From Verrucomicrobiota bacterium (GTDB taxonomy: Bacteria > Verrucomicrobiota > Verrucomicrobiia > Limisphaerales > AAA164-E04), in NCBI GenBank assembly GCA_047947115.1, contig CP170459.1, positions 1,760,001 to 1,824,000 on the forward strand: a stretch of 64,000 nucleotides of DNA, read 5' to 3'. The translations under genes and the position numbers were made by a program. This document shows positions 10,499 to 20,938 of this stretch, one piece after another (position 1 is the stretch's first letter; every line of letters begins with the position of its first letter). The notes beneath the pieces are model-generated. The model saw nothing but the letters and a program-made list of their open reading frames with translations. It ran no database searches and had not been told where the DNA came from.

Positions 10499-13276
10499 CT
10501 AATTTTCTTTCGTGTTATTTCTATTGTTCATTGTTCTTAGATACTCCCTAAACTCCTGCTGCATGCACCAGGCTTCGATTTCGAACCAGGAGTAGGGCCA
10601 TTCCCCCTCATTAACGTCCACTTTTCGTTTTGTGTTGGATGGCAGAAGAAACTGCCATTTGTCCAAATCATCCACTCGGTCAAGAGCGTTCAGGATGCAA
10701 AAGGAGTGAAAGCCAGCCCAAGTATCGCGTGCGCCAAACTGGGCGCTAGGACCTCCATTGATTTTGTAACGAGACTTTTTACTGCGAACGTAAAAACGTC
10801 CTTTTCCGAAATAGTTTCTTAGCAATCCTTCAATGCAGGCTTCGCGGTCAATAAAATGCAGACCTCCCGTGAGATCCAGTATGGACAGAGCTTGCCAAGT
10901 GTCCGTGAAAGGGTCGTTGTCATTCAGGAAAAACAAGCCATGCATATCCTCCAGAACAATGGGTTGATTTCTCCCAACGGAAAGTGTGGTGTCCAGATAT
11001 TGGTTGTTCGCGATAATCTTGTGAGTTTCTTCAAAGTCCAATTGTTCGAGATTGACTCGATCCTGAAGGAATAATATTTGCTTGTGCAGAGTGGAGGGCC
11101 ATATCCCAATCGAAGTATAACCTTCATATTGACCGGACATCACTACTTTCCAGTCCGGTGTTTTTTTATCCAGTATTTGAAGCCAATCTGTCTCATTCAA
11201 TTCCGGAATCTCCCAAACAGGTGAGTAGGAAATATAAGATTGTGTCATGAAGGACAGATAAACCGCGGGTTTGGTGTATGAAGTATCGATCAATCTGTCT
11301 TCCAAAAGTTTGTCGAATTCCCTTTGAAAAGTGTTGTTGACCGCTGAAAGTGCAGTTGGTGAATACATTTTTAACGTAGGTGCGGCGTGACCGAACTGAT
11401 GGAGTTGACGGTATTTTTCCCAAGCTTTTGTTCCTTTTTCACCGGGATCGGCTAAAAAATCCAAAAACTCCCGGACATCCCTCTCCTGCAGGCTGATTTC
11501 CTTCATCTGCCATAAGTCCAATGGAATGACCATTTCTTCCACCAAGAACTGAAAAAGGCAAAGAAGGGCCAGGAAAACGTTCCCACCTATTCCAAAGCGA
11601 ATGCGCATTTGATTTCCTTTGGCTTTTGCGGGTGTTACATGAAATGTTTCCGATTCGCCTCCAAGACCAAGCTCTTTTCTTGTTTGGTCTAATTCATCGC
11701 ATCGCCAATGGGTAAATGCGGAACGAATGGCAGATGTAACCAGTTGGTTGATTCTTTCCTGACCATTTTGTAGGTCACCCTTGAACAAAAAAACCGGCAG
11801 TTTTTCGATATCTTTTTGTCCCAGTTTGGCTCGGAATTCCCCGTTGTAACCCAGAAAGACCACGGAAGCCCCCTTCCACCAGAACGGGTAAAGAATGGAG
11901 GAGATGGGATTTGCTTTGTAAGGGGTTGTTCTTACCCATATTCCTTCTTTGACGGCTCGCATCGACACTACATGGAATTCCTTGGCCAGATAGGTCACGA
12001 ATGATCTGATTTCAGACTTTTGAACATTGGGCGGTTCAATCGGCACTGGTTCACATTCCGCGGACACATCATCACCGGAATGTCGGTGGGCCAGTCTGGA
12101 AAAAAGGGATAAATCCCGGCCCATGGGAAAGTTTTTTGTCGCTAATGTATTGATAAGGATAAACAGAGCAAAACAGAATTGCTGCACATAAATGGGCCAC
12201 TGCAGGAAGTGGTATCCAATCACGCCCAGTCCGAGAATGCCTAGCCCCACAGTCATCTGCAAATACATGGAATGTCTCATGGCGGGACCTTGGGTGATGA
12301 GCGGTATGATTGGTAAGATCACAAAAATGCAAGAAAATGCTGCATAGAATTGCATGCCGTCTAGCCGTGCTGCGATTTAAGCAAGGAACATGAATAGGAT
12401 CGACATTCCAAGAACCATAAGAAGATTCCATTTTGACTGTGAACGAAATGACTGCGCTTCGTACCCAGTCTGGTCCTTGAAATTTCGCATGACCAGTCGG
12501 TCATACCATTTCCACAAAAGCGTCATGGGCAGCAAACTCAATAACTGGGCTCCGAACAAGAACCAGTTCAGCACCGGCAGGCTTGCGACACTCATTCCAA
12601 ATGCCTTCAGTCCATACGAACCCGGTGTCTTCAACATGACGGCTGCCATGATTGCATGTCTGGCCTTTTCCGATGGTTTCAGTTTTTTGAGTTGGGTTTC
12701 GATGTGGTGTTCCAGTTGGGTGCGGAGAGCGGTGCGGGCCCGGTGGAGGCGGGTTTTGAAATTGCCGGGGGTGATGTTCAGCGATTGTGCCGAGGCTTCG
12801 ATGCTTTTGCCTTCCAGATAAAACAAGGTCAGGCATTCACGGTAGGAACCCCGCATGCCGGACATGATCTCGCTGAGTGTTTCCTTGTTGACGGGTTCCC
12901 CGGAATCATTGGATTCCTCCGTTTCGGATAATTCTTCTGTCGGCGTGGGTTGTTCAAACGCCCAGCGGCGGCGCTTCTTCAGTTCGTTCCGGTGTCGGAT
13001 GCCCAGGTTGATCGCCGTGTTCCTTGCGATGCGCACAATCCAGGAGAGAAACTTGGACGGATCCTTCAACTGGTTCAATCGTTGGTAACCTTGAATGAAG
13101 GTTTCCTGAACAACCTCCTCCGCCAGGTGCCGGTCGCCCAGACGACTCCACGCCACCGCGTAGACCTTGTCGGAATGACGATCCACCAGATCGTGATATC
13201 GCTCCCGTTGACCGCCGAGAACGGCTTCGATCACTTCAGCTGCTTCTGTCTGTATCTTATCCCTGGAATGCTCCAT
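10499..13276 (-). pseudogene. ECF sigma factor with multi-pass membrane and C-terminal extension, split by an in-frame TAA (12379-12377)
   Basis: Sigma-70 regions 2 and 4 (AEEVVQETFIQGY, WIVRIARN, FKTRLHRAR). ORF 10499..12355 is in the same frame 7 sense codons after the stop: MFLA*IAARLDGMQFY. Confidence 0.75.
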
Positions 13277-13291
13277 AAAACGTTACCCCAA

Positions 13292-13318
13292 AGACATGCG
13301 ACCGTCCAAAAGGTTACA
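13292..13318 (-). promoter_or_regulatory. Probable autoregulatory ECF promoter
   Basis: Minus strand TGTAACC-N15-TGTCT (AAC-N17-GTC), 15 nt upstream of the sigma ATG at 13276. Confidence 0.5.
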
Positions 13319-13493
13319 GTTTGTCATGAGGTTTGAAACGTTTACGAATGATGCAGGAAATTCAATGACAAGGAAATCCAGAAAATGTCCTTGGCTTTGC
13401 GATAAAAACAAAAAGGAATGAAGTGAGGTATGCCTCTCGAAGTTTAATTCTAAAAAAAGAACTCAGTATTTGAACTGAGCAGTTATGTATTTA

Positions 13494-13520
13494 CGACATT
13501 AGGTATTAAAACGCGACATT
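13494..13520 (+). promoter_or_regulatory. Candidate regulator site AAAACGCGACAT upstream of module gene A0
   Basis: CGACATT direct repeat with 20-bp period. The same 12-mer lies upstream of A1 (55701-55712, minus) and a variant upstream of A3. Confidence 0.4.
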
Positions 13521-13887
13521 TTTACCTGCACGTAGCAAATAGGTTGTGCAGGAAGGTGGAAAAAACAATAAAGATCACCGAATCTCTTGACTGTCATTAT
13601 GGTTGTTGGTATCTACGTCGTATTGCGATACCAAATAGCCGGGTTTTGCCTCAATCCGATCGATAGGAAATCGATAGCTTTCTGCAAGGTTCCAGCAATT
13701 GGAACGATTGGTGATTCGCAAAGAAGAGGGCGTGTTTATGGAGGAGATTCCTCCCTCATCGAAGCTGTATCCTTGGGATACTTTGTGGTTTTCGCACACA
13801 ACAGCGAACGACCCGGTGATATTCCATTGGACCTCATTCCGTGTTGTGAAACATGGGGGTTATAAATCAAACAAAAGGTAAATCACG

Positions 13888-14940
13888 ATGAAACACACGC
13901 AACTCAGTAAAATGGCCATCACCCTGTTGATTGGCTCGATACTCACCTCCGTCACCCTACAAGCCGGATGGATCAAAGGCGCCAAGTATGCCTACAACGT
14001 TCTGGACGGTTTCGGTACCTGGTCCTTCTACTCTGAACTGCTTGAAAATGAAATCTTCAAACCAAATCGCGCGGAAGCCAAACTCCGTGCAAGGCCTGAT
14101 CTCTACACCTATGAAAAAACGACGACCAGTGGAGCATACCATGGAAAAGCACTCGAAGAATCCGAAGCGGGAGCATTCGGCCAAACTCATAATGTTCACA
14201 ACTACGCTGGAAATTATGCGGAATACATCATTCATTGGATCATTGTGGAGTACGATGAGGAAGATGAAGAACATTACGTGGTCAATGGGGCGGGAGGAGC
14301 CTCCAACGGTCCTCATTGGTGGTCGAAAAGCATCTGGGAAAGTTTCGTTGACTCACCTGCAGCTGCCAAAGAAAGCAGTTGGTGGGAAGCCATGATGACC
14401 GGAGACAATTGGTCACGCACAGGTTTCTGGATCACCATCGGCAGTTCCGTCAAGCTGGAATACCCTGACGTCACCATCAAGTCGGATGTCTGGAATCCTG
14501 CACCATTTGGAACCGTCCTCGACGGCCAACTCGTCAACACCGCCAAAAACTTCGGCGGGACTGGACTCAATTACACCGCAAAGGTGCATTTTGAACTGCA
14601 AAAACTAACATGGATTTCTGGCCCCAATGGCACGGGTTACTGGACTAATACAGATTGGAAAACTAATATTGCAGACAAGTTCACGCATGTTTTTCCTGGT
14701 TACCAAGATTCTTCTACAACCAAGTCGCTTTGTCCCCAAAATCATCGTATCCGGCGCGAGGAAGTCAAAGGTGGAATGGATATATGGTGGAACCAAAACA
14801 TTAGCTATTCCAATGCAACTGTTGAGACTCAGGAACTCGATGAGCAAGGCAACCGAACGGGACCAATCGAAACACATACTGGATACATACAGAAGAACAT
14901 CGATTATGTTATAGATTTCAGCACTGAATCACCAGATTGA
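13888..14940 (+). CDS. Secreted hypothetical protein (module gene A0)
   Basis: 350-aa ORF with a clear Sec signal (MKHTQLSKMAITLLIGSILTSVTLQA), Trp/Tyr-rich; 18 bp upstream of a family-B gene. Confidence 0.8.
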   Translation: MKHTQLSKMAITLLIGSILTSVTLQAGWIKGAKYAYNVLDGFGTWSFYSELLENEIFKPNRAEAKLRARPDLYTYEKTTTSGAYHGKALEESEAGAFGQTHNVHNYAGNYAEYIIHWIIVEYDEEDEEHYVVNGAGGASNGPHWWSKSIWESFVDSPAAAKESSWWEAMMTGDNWSRTGFWITIGSSVKLEYPDVTIKSDVWNPAPFGTVLDGQLVNTAKNFGGTGLNYTAKVHFELQKLTWISGPNGTGYWTNTDWKTNIADKFTHVFPGYQDSSTTKSLCPQNHRIRREEVKGGMDIWWNQNISYSNATVETQELDEQGNRTGPIETHTGYIQKNIDYVIDFSTESPD

Positions 14941-14958
14941 TCCATTATTTACACGATC

Positions 14959-16179
14959 ATGAAACGAAAACAAATTTTCCAGGTTTTGGTTTTGATTCCT
15001 CTGGCCATCCTTTGTGGTCTGATCATCAGGGATCGTAGCCCTTATTTTACCCCGATGGTTATTGACTCCTTCAGAGAGGAACCTGATATTCCCACGCCCT
15101 TGCCGCAGAAAAAGTGGAAACCCTTGTCCCAACGTCTGAGTGAGTCGGGGCTTCTAGCCGAGAAACCCGAAAAAGTTGAAGAGATCCGTTTGGCCAAATG
15201 GAAAGCAGAGTTCCCTTGGAAACCAACCCATGACCCAAAATTAGAATTCGATCCAGACCGACATTTCGAAAACCGTGCTTTGGGAAATAAGAGTAACACC
15301 GAATGGGCTACGAGGTTTAACCATACTTATTTGAAAAAGTTCTTTCAAAATGATGAGCGCTTCCTGCCTCAGTTTGAAAAGTTTTACCGGATACTGAAAG
15401 AGTATGATCGAGGCCATAACCCAGTCATGGTAGGAAGGGCATTTTGGGCTTTTAGGCATTACCATCACGCCGCCTTTGAGCGTGATCCAGATGAATACGT
15501 TCTATCAAATGGAAAAAAGGTTAGAAACGGTCTTTTTAGTTACCTGACCTGGGGAGATGAAGTTTCAGGCTATCATGAGAGTCTACGAGGATATTTAAGG
15601 GATTGGGAGTGGTTACGTCCTTCATTTGAAACGATAGAAGGTAAGTTCAATGCAAATGCGTTAATTGAAAAACTCGTGGCTGAAATTGATGGAATGGAGA
15701 CATTGCCCCTAGATGTCATGACCAGTGGAGGTCCTTTGTTAGATTCCTATCCTGATGCCGAAGCACTACTTTCCGGTGAAGAAGAACTGCTGGTTCCCTA
15801 TGCCGGTTGGAATGAGGAGAGCGAGCGCTATTGGGGGGAGCAGACGCGTCAGTTTGAAAAGAGTTACGCAGAAGGAGATCCATCCCTTAAAGCGGCCGCT
15901 CCGGAGCTTTTCCCGCCGGTGGGTGTGAAAGATGGGCAATTGGTGGACAAGGACGGCGATCCGGTGCAATGGCGGGAAGGCACCGATATCGTCCTTGTCA
16001 ATGAACGTGGCGAACGCGTCCCGGTGATCATTGAGGATGATGGAACCATCAGTCTTCCTTCGCCCGAGGACGTCGCCGTTATGCGCGAGAACGGCCAGGT
16101 TCAAAGTGCTGATTTCAATGATCTGCCTCCTGAAATGGCTGAGGCGATTTTAAAGGAAAAAGCAGCAGAGAGTCCATAG
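14959..16179 (+). CDS. Membrane-anchored hypothetical protein, family B (copy B0a)
   Basis: N-terminal TM helix; family motifs WKAEFPWKPTHDP..FDP.R, NH.YL..FF, FEKFY..L.E.DR..NP...G..F and TWGD. Confidence 0.85.
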   Translation: MKRKQIFQVLVLIPLAILCGLIIRDRSPYFTPMVIDSFREEPDIPTPLPQKKWKPLSQRLSESGLLAEKPEKVEEIRLAKWKAEFPWKPTHDPKLEFDPDRHFENRALGNKSNTEWATRFNHTYLKKFFQNDERFLPQFEKFYRILKEYDRGHNPVMVGRAFWAFRHYHHAAFERDPDEYVLSNGKKVRNGLFSYLTWGDEVSGYHESLRGYLRDWEWLRPSFETIEGKFNANALIEKLVAEIDGMETLPLDVMTSGGPLLDSYPDAEALLSGEEELLVPYAGWNEESERYWGEQTRQFEKSYAEGDPSLKAAAPELFPPVGVKDGQLVDKDGDPVQWREGTDIVLVNERGERVPVIIEDDGTISLPSPEDVAVMRENGQVQSADFNDLPPEMAEAILKEKAAESP

Positions 16180-16195
16180 ACGGTGGTGCCATATC

Positions 16196-17415
16196 ATGAA
16201 ACGGAAACGCTGCTTGCAAATCGTGGTTTTGCTACCTCTGGCCATCCTTTGTGGTCTGATCATCAGGGATCGTAGCCCTTATTTTACCCCGATGGTTATT
16301 GACTCCTTCAGAGAGGAACCTGATATTCCCACGCCCTTGCCGCAGAAAAAGTGGAAACCCTTGTCCCAACGTCTGAGTGAATCGGGGCTTCTAGCCGAGA
16401 AACCCGAAAAAGCGGAAGAGATCCGTTTGGCCAAATGGAAAGCAGAGTTCCCTTGGAAACCCACCCATGATCCCAAACTTCAATTTGATCCTATTAGGCA
16501 TTTTTCAAATCGAGCTTTGGGCAACAAAAGCAACACGGATATGGAGACAAGAATCAATCACTCATATCTGAGAAAGTTCTTTCAAAGTGATGAGCGATTC
16601 CTTCCTCAATTTGAAAAGTTTTATAGGATCATGGCCGAGCATGACAGAGGACACAACCCAGTCATGGTGGGGCGGTGTTTTTGGGCTTTCAAACATTACT
16701 ACAATGCCGCCTTTGAGCATGATGCTGAGGATTATGTTTTTGAGAATGGTGAAAAGGTGAAGAAAGGATTGTTTAGCTATTTGACTTGGGGAGATGAGGT
16801 TGAAGGATATAGGGAAAGTCTCTGTGGGTATTTACAGCATTGGGCGTGGTTAAATCCGACATTTAAAACGGATAAGGGTGAAGCGGATGCTTATTCATTA
16901 ATCAACCGTTTGGTTTCTGAAATTGATGGTATGGAGCTATTACCAATTAACGTCATGAGTGGTGAACGAATATTATGGGATGAACACCCCGATGCCCAAG
17001 AGCTTCTTTCCGGCGAAAAGGAGCTCTTGGTTCCCTATGCAGGTTGGAACGAGGAAAGTGAACGATACTGGGGGAGCAGACGCGTCAGTTTGAAAAGAGT
17101 TATGCCGAGGGAGACCCTTCCCTCAAGGCGGCCGCTCCGGAGCTTTTTCCACCGGTTGGTTTCAAAGATGGGCGATTGGTGGATAAAGATGGAGATCCTG
17201 TGCAATGGCAAGAAAGCACCGACATTGTCCTTGTCAATGAGCGTGGCGAACGCGTCCCGGTGATCATTGAGGATGATGGAACCATCAGTCTTCCTTCGCC
17301 CGAGGACGTCGCCGTTATGCGCGAGAACGGCCAGGTTCAAAGTGCTGATTTCAATGATCTGCCTCCTGAAATGGCTGAGGCAATTCTGAGGGAAAGAGCT
17401 GAAGGTGAACAATAA
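16196..17415 (+). pseudogene. Family B tandem duplicate (B0b) with -1 frameshift in a G tract
   Basis: G5 at 17070-17074 versus G6 at 15833-15838 in B0a. Adding one G gives 406 aa, the same length as B0a; ORF 17176..17415 is the displaced C-terminus. Confidence 0.85.
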
Positions 17416-17560
17416 ACAATCGATAGGGTTTCATGTTGCCTGGCATCCCTTACTTCCCCTTACCTTCCGTCAATGCGCGAAGCCTAAAGAGTTTGATCGG
17501 GGCGTCGGATCATCGATTTTGAACTTGAAGATTATCTTGGAATGTCTGGTTTAAGTAGAC

Positions 17561-17803
17561 ATGGAAGCTTCGGTTGATGATTTGAGATATCATATGAAAG
17601 ATGTACTACAGGCTTTGGGAAGGAATGAAGAAGTCAAGGTGCTCCACCGAGGGACACTCATAGGGGCCATTGTGCCTGCAAAATCAAAAAGAAAGGGTAT
17701 GCTTGTGCAAGATCATCCGCTATTTGGTTGTCAAACGAAGTCCCGGAAAACGGTGGAAGAGATCATAGACGAACTAAGAGAGCCCAGTTACCGTGATATT
17801 TGA
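17561..17803 (+). CDS. Phd/YefM-type antitoxin
   Basis: MEASVDDLRYHMKDVLQALGRNEEVKVLHRGTLIGAIVP fits the Phd fold pattern. Confidence 0.7.
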   Translation: MEASVDDLRYHMKDVLQALGRNEEVKVLHRGTLIGAIVPAKSKRKGMLVQDHPLFGCQTKSRKTVEEIIDELREPSYRDI

Positions 17804-17810
17804 TACCGAC
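17793..17810 (+). pseudogene. Remnant start of a VapC/PIN toxin (MIFDTD)
   Basis: GTG ATA TTT GAT ACC GAC overlaps the antitoxin stop; similarity to a PIN domain ends immediately afterwards. Confidence 0.45.
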
Positions 17811-17852
17811 TCATTCAAACCTGCCTTCAATTGCGGTGCTCATAAGGTGCAA

Positions 17853-17983
17853 TTTTGGACTACGGTGTGCAGCACCCCTTTGGATACGCAAGGGAAGGGT
17901 TATGGGCTCGCTTCTGCAATTTGAGCAACACCTTTGCATGCGGACAGTATCCAAAGCGATGTCGTGACCACCGCAATCCAAAA
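17853..17983 (+). repeat. REP/MITE-like element with imperfect terminal inverted repeats
   Basis: Left TTTTGGACTACGGTGTGCAGCACCCCTTTGGATAC; right (revcomp) TTTTGGATTGCGGTGGTCACGACATCGCTTTGGATAC. Confidence 0.65.
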
Positions 17984-18109
17984 AGGTGTTGGATATTCCC
18001 GGGTTGCTCGATGCTTTACCTCTGTTTTTTAACCTTTATCCTAGCGGGATCTCAGTTCTGAAAGAAATGAAGAAGTGACTATTGTTTTGATTGAAGTAAA
18101 ATCGTCTTC

Positions 18110-18475
18110 ATGGAACAGACCGTTGCCGTCATTGGAGCGAGTGACAAACCGGATCGATATGCCTACAGGGCGGCCGAGATACTGGAAGCGCATGGGCATC
18201 AGGTCGTGTTGGTGAATCCTTTCAAAGAGTTGATTAATGGAGAACCTTGCTTGAAAGATGTTTTACAGTTTGATGGCGCATTGGACACGGTGACCGTGTA
18301 TGTCAATGCCAAGCGATTCCAGGAACATCTGGCGTCCATCTTGGAAAAGAAACCCCGACGCATCATTTTTAATCCGGGAGCGGAAGCTCCCGAGGCCTAT
18401 CCGCTGATCGAAAGGGAAGGGGTTCTGGTGGAAGAGGCCTGTACTTTGGTGTTATTGAACACTGGACAGTTTTGA
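18110..18475 (+). CDS. CoA-binding protein (YccU-like)
   Basis: VAVIGASDKPDRYAY, VNP, IIFNPGAE and EACTLV. Confidence 0.9.
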   Translation: MEQTVAVIGASDKPDRYAYRAAEILEAHGHQVVLVNPFKELINGEPCLKDVLQFDGALDTVTVYVNAKRFQEHLASILEKKPRRIIFNPGAEAPEAYPLIEREGVLVEEACTLVLLNTGQF

Positions 18476-18483
18476 AGAGGTGC

Positions 18484-20169
18484 TCAGGAAACGCCTACCA
18501 GTTCGATGGAGAACTCGGTTCCTTGGCCTTCTTTGCTGACGACTGAGATGGTGCCTTTCATGGCTTTGATCAGTGATTTCGTCAACGTCAGGCCCAATCC
18601 ACTGCCTTCGATGTGGGATTGTTCCCTTTCTGCATCCAGGCGGTAGAAGGGTGAAAACAAGCGTTCGATCTTGGATTCAGGAATTCCGATCCCGGTATCT
18701 GCAATTCTTACTTTGACCCGTTTGTCCGGCAGTAGTTCGACGCTCAAAGTGAGTGAACCTTGCGGTTTGTTATACTTGATTCCGTTGGAAATCAAATTTT
18801 GGAAGACTTGGAGCAAGTAGTCATGGTGAGCCCAAACGCTTAGATTCTGGCTTGGAAGTTTCTCGACCTTAATGCCAACTTCCTTCTCACTCGCCAAAGG
18901 GTTCATGGCAGCGATCGCTTTGTCGAATACGGACGTCAACGGTATGGGTTCCAGGTGAATTTCTTTTTGGTGGTGATCAAGTTTTGAGATATTCATGACC
19001 TCATTGATCATCCGCAACAGATGCTTGCCGGAACGTTGGATTCGGTCGACATTTTCTTTGTTTTTGGGGGAAAGGTTTTCCATACCCAACAGTGTTGAAA
19101 AGCCGAGGATTCCATTGAGAGGGGTGCGTAATTCATGACTCATACGCGAGAGAAATTGGGTTTTGGCTTGGTTGGCTTCCTCTGCTTTTTTGCGGGCGGT
19201 GATGAGCAGTCTTTCCGTTTCCTTGCGTTCGCTGATATCCCGCACAAGACCGACAAAGAACCTATTGTCTTTATCTTTAAACTCTCCAAGTGCCAGTTCC
19301 ATGTCAAAGGTGGTGCCATCTTTTCGACATCCAACCACTTCACGGTATCCGCCCATAATGTGTTTGGTGCCGGTTTGGCGATACCGGTGCAGATACTGGT
19401 CATGCTGGCCCTTGTCAGGTTCGGGCATGAGCATGGAAACATTTTTGCCTATTGTCTCGCTTGACTGGTAACCAAAGATCCGTTCCGCGGCCTGATTGAA
19501 TTCCAGGATGCATCCGTAAGCATCAATGCAAACAATACCTTCGACAACATTTTCGAATATGGACTGGAACTTTTCTTCACTGGCTTTTGCCAAATTAATC
19601 GCTTCTGCGGCGATTTGATTACTCCTGGCGATGCCAACGGAGTGATTCAGGGCCAGGACGATGATTGTCAGCAGCGCCAACACAGTGCTTATCATGATCA
19701 GAATGGCGGTTCGCGTTTGTCCATAGGAAGACAATGCTTCCTGTCCATTGATTTCGGCTATTAGTCCAATTTCCAGATGCTCATCCCATTGCCAGGCGCT
19801 GAGCACACGAATACCTCTATAGTCCCTGATTCCGCTCAGGCTTTCTCCGTTTTCCTGCTTGATGACGCTTGATGCAGCCTCGGTCCAAGGCCACGCATCT
19901 CTTTGTTCGGGAAGGCTGTGTCCTTTCGGCAAAAGGGCCCCGGGATCTTTTGCTTCGAGGTTGAAAATGATCGGTTCATCAGGATCAACCAGTCCCAGGT
20001 GATGGAGATCCTCTGTGAATCGGCTGGGCGAGACGAAGCGTCCGGTTTTATCTATGGCATACGTTTCACCTGTTCGCCCCATGCGGCCGGCCTGGATGAT
20101 GCCGATAAAATCCTTATACGGATCGATGGAATAAGCCATGATTGCGACCACTTCATTTTCCGGAGTCAT
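18484..20169 (-). CDS. PAS-domain sensor histidine kinase, apparently 5'-truncated (partial Cache domain, single TM)
   Basis: H-box FLSRMSHELRTPLNG, N/G boxes (NLISNGIKYN, DTGIGI, GSGLGL) and FixL-like PAS. The frame closes near 20235 with no first TM helix. Confidence 0.8.
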   Translation of the reverse strand: MTPENEVVAIMAYSIDPYKDFIGIIQAGRMGRTGETYAIDKTGRFVSPSRFTEDLHHLGLVDPDEPIIFNLEAKDPGALLPKGHSLPEQRDAWPWTEAASSVIKQENGESLSGIRDYRGIRVLSAWQWDEHLEIGLIAEINGQEALSSYGQTRTAILIMISTVLALLTIIVLALNHSVGIARSNQIAAEAINLAKASEEKFQSIFENVVEGIVCIDAYGCILEFNQAAERIFGYQSSETIGKNVSMLMPEPDKGQHDQYLHRYRQTGTKHIMGGYREVVGCRKDGTTFDMELALGEFKDKDNRFFVGLVRDISERKETERLLITARKKAEEANQAKTQFLSRMSHELRTPLNGILGFSTLLGMENLSPKNKENVDRIQRSGKHLLRMINEVMNISKLDHHQKEIHLEPIPLTSVFDKAIAAMNPLASEKEVGIKVEKLPSQNLSVWAHHDYLLQVFQNLISNGIKYNKPQGSLTLSVELLPDKRVKVRIADTGIGIPESKIERLFSPFYRLDAEREQSHIEGSGLGLTLTKSLIKAMKGTISVVSKEGQGTEFSIELVGVS

Positions 20170-20557
20170 GATTGGAGACAGGAGAAATATGGCAGGTGCT
20201 TGCAGGGTGTGTTTTGATAGACCAGCGGCGGTTCATGTTCAAAGCTGATTCTGATATGGTTTGAAACTTGAAATGCCGCTCATTCAACAACAATGGAGAG
20301 GCCGGTTCCACACGGCTCCCAAGCATTTTCCTTGAAACCATTCCTAAGCAAAAGATGTGGAGCGAGGGAAGCTATCTGTGTGGTTAGAATTATGGCGTTT
20401 CCATGGCTTCATGAAAGCCGTATGCATGCACTGGGGATGGAAGTGGGTGTGAGGTGGAATTTACTCCTTTGACCAAGTGTGTCGGAAATCGAGCATTCTT
20501 TGCTTGGTTTCAATTTACAGGATTGTTTGTTTCAGCGATTTGTTTCAAGTTAGGCAC

Positions 20558-20917
20558 ATGTCGAAGCGATATCAAATGGTGCAGTTGGATGAGGTGGAAG
20601 CAGTGCGTTGTCCTTGTGGTTTTGCGAAACGTGCCTTTGCTTCTCCGGAGAACAAAACGGCGACCTTGCACATGGTGGATATTCAATCCGATTCCAGAAC
20701 CCATTATCATAATAAACTCACCGAGATCTATCTGGTGCTGGAAGGGGAGGGGGAAATGGAATTGGACGGCGAACGGTTTCCGGTACGCCCGATGAGTGCG
20801 GTCATGATTCAGCCCGGTTGCCGGCATCGCGCGATTGGTAAATTGAAAATCATCAACATTCCCGTCCCGGCATTTGATCCGGAAGACGAATGGTTTGATG
20901 ATGAAAATGAGTCATAG
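20558..20917 (+). CDS. Cupin domain protein
   Basis: HYHNKLTEIYLVLEGEG and IQPGCRHRAIG cupin motifs. Confidence 0.88.
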   Translation: MSKRYQMVQLDEVEAVRCPCGFAKRAFASPENKTATLHMVDIQSDSRTHYHNKLTEIYLVLEGEGEMELDGERFPVRPMSAVMIQPGCRHRAIGKLKIINIPVPAFDPEDEWFDDENES

Positions 20918-20938
20918 TTCTTGATACAATTTGCATTC

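Noticed and set aside
14959..17415. Diversity-generating retroelement (TR/VR pair)
   Set aside because: No reverse transcriptase in the window; the differences are not adenine-specific and the shared blocks are nearly identical.
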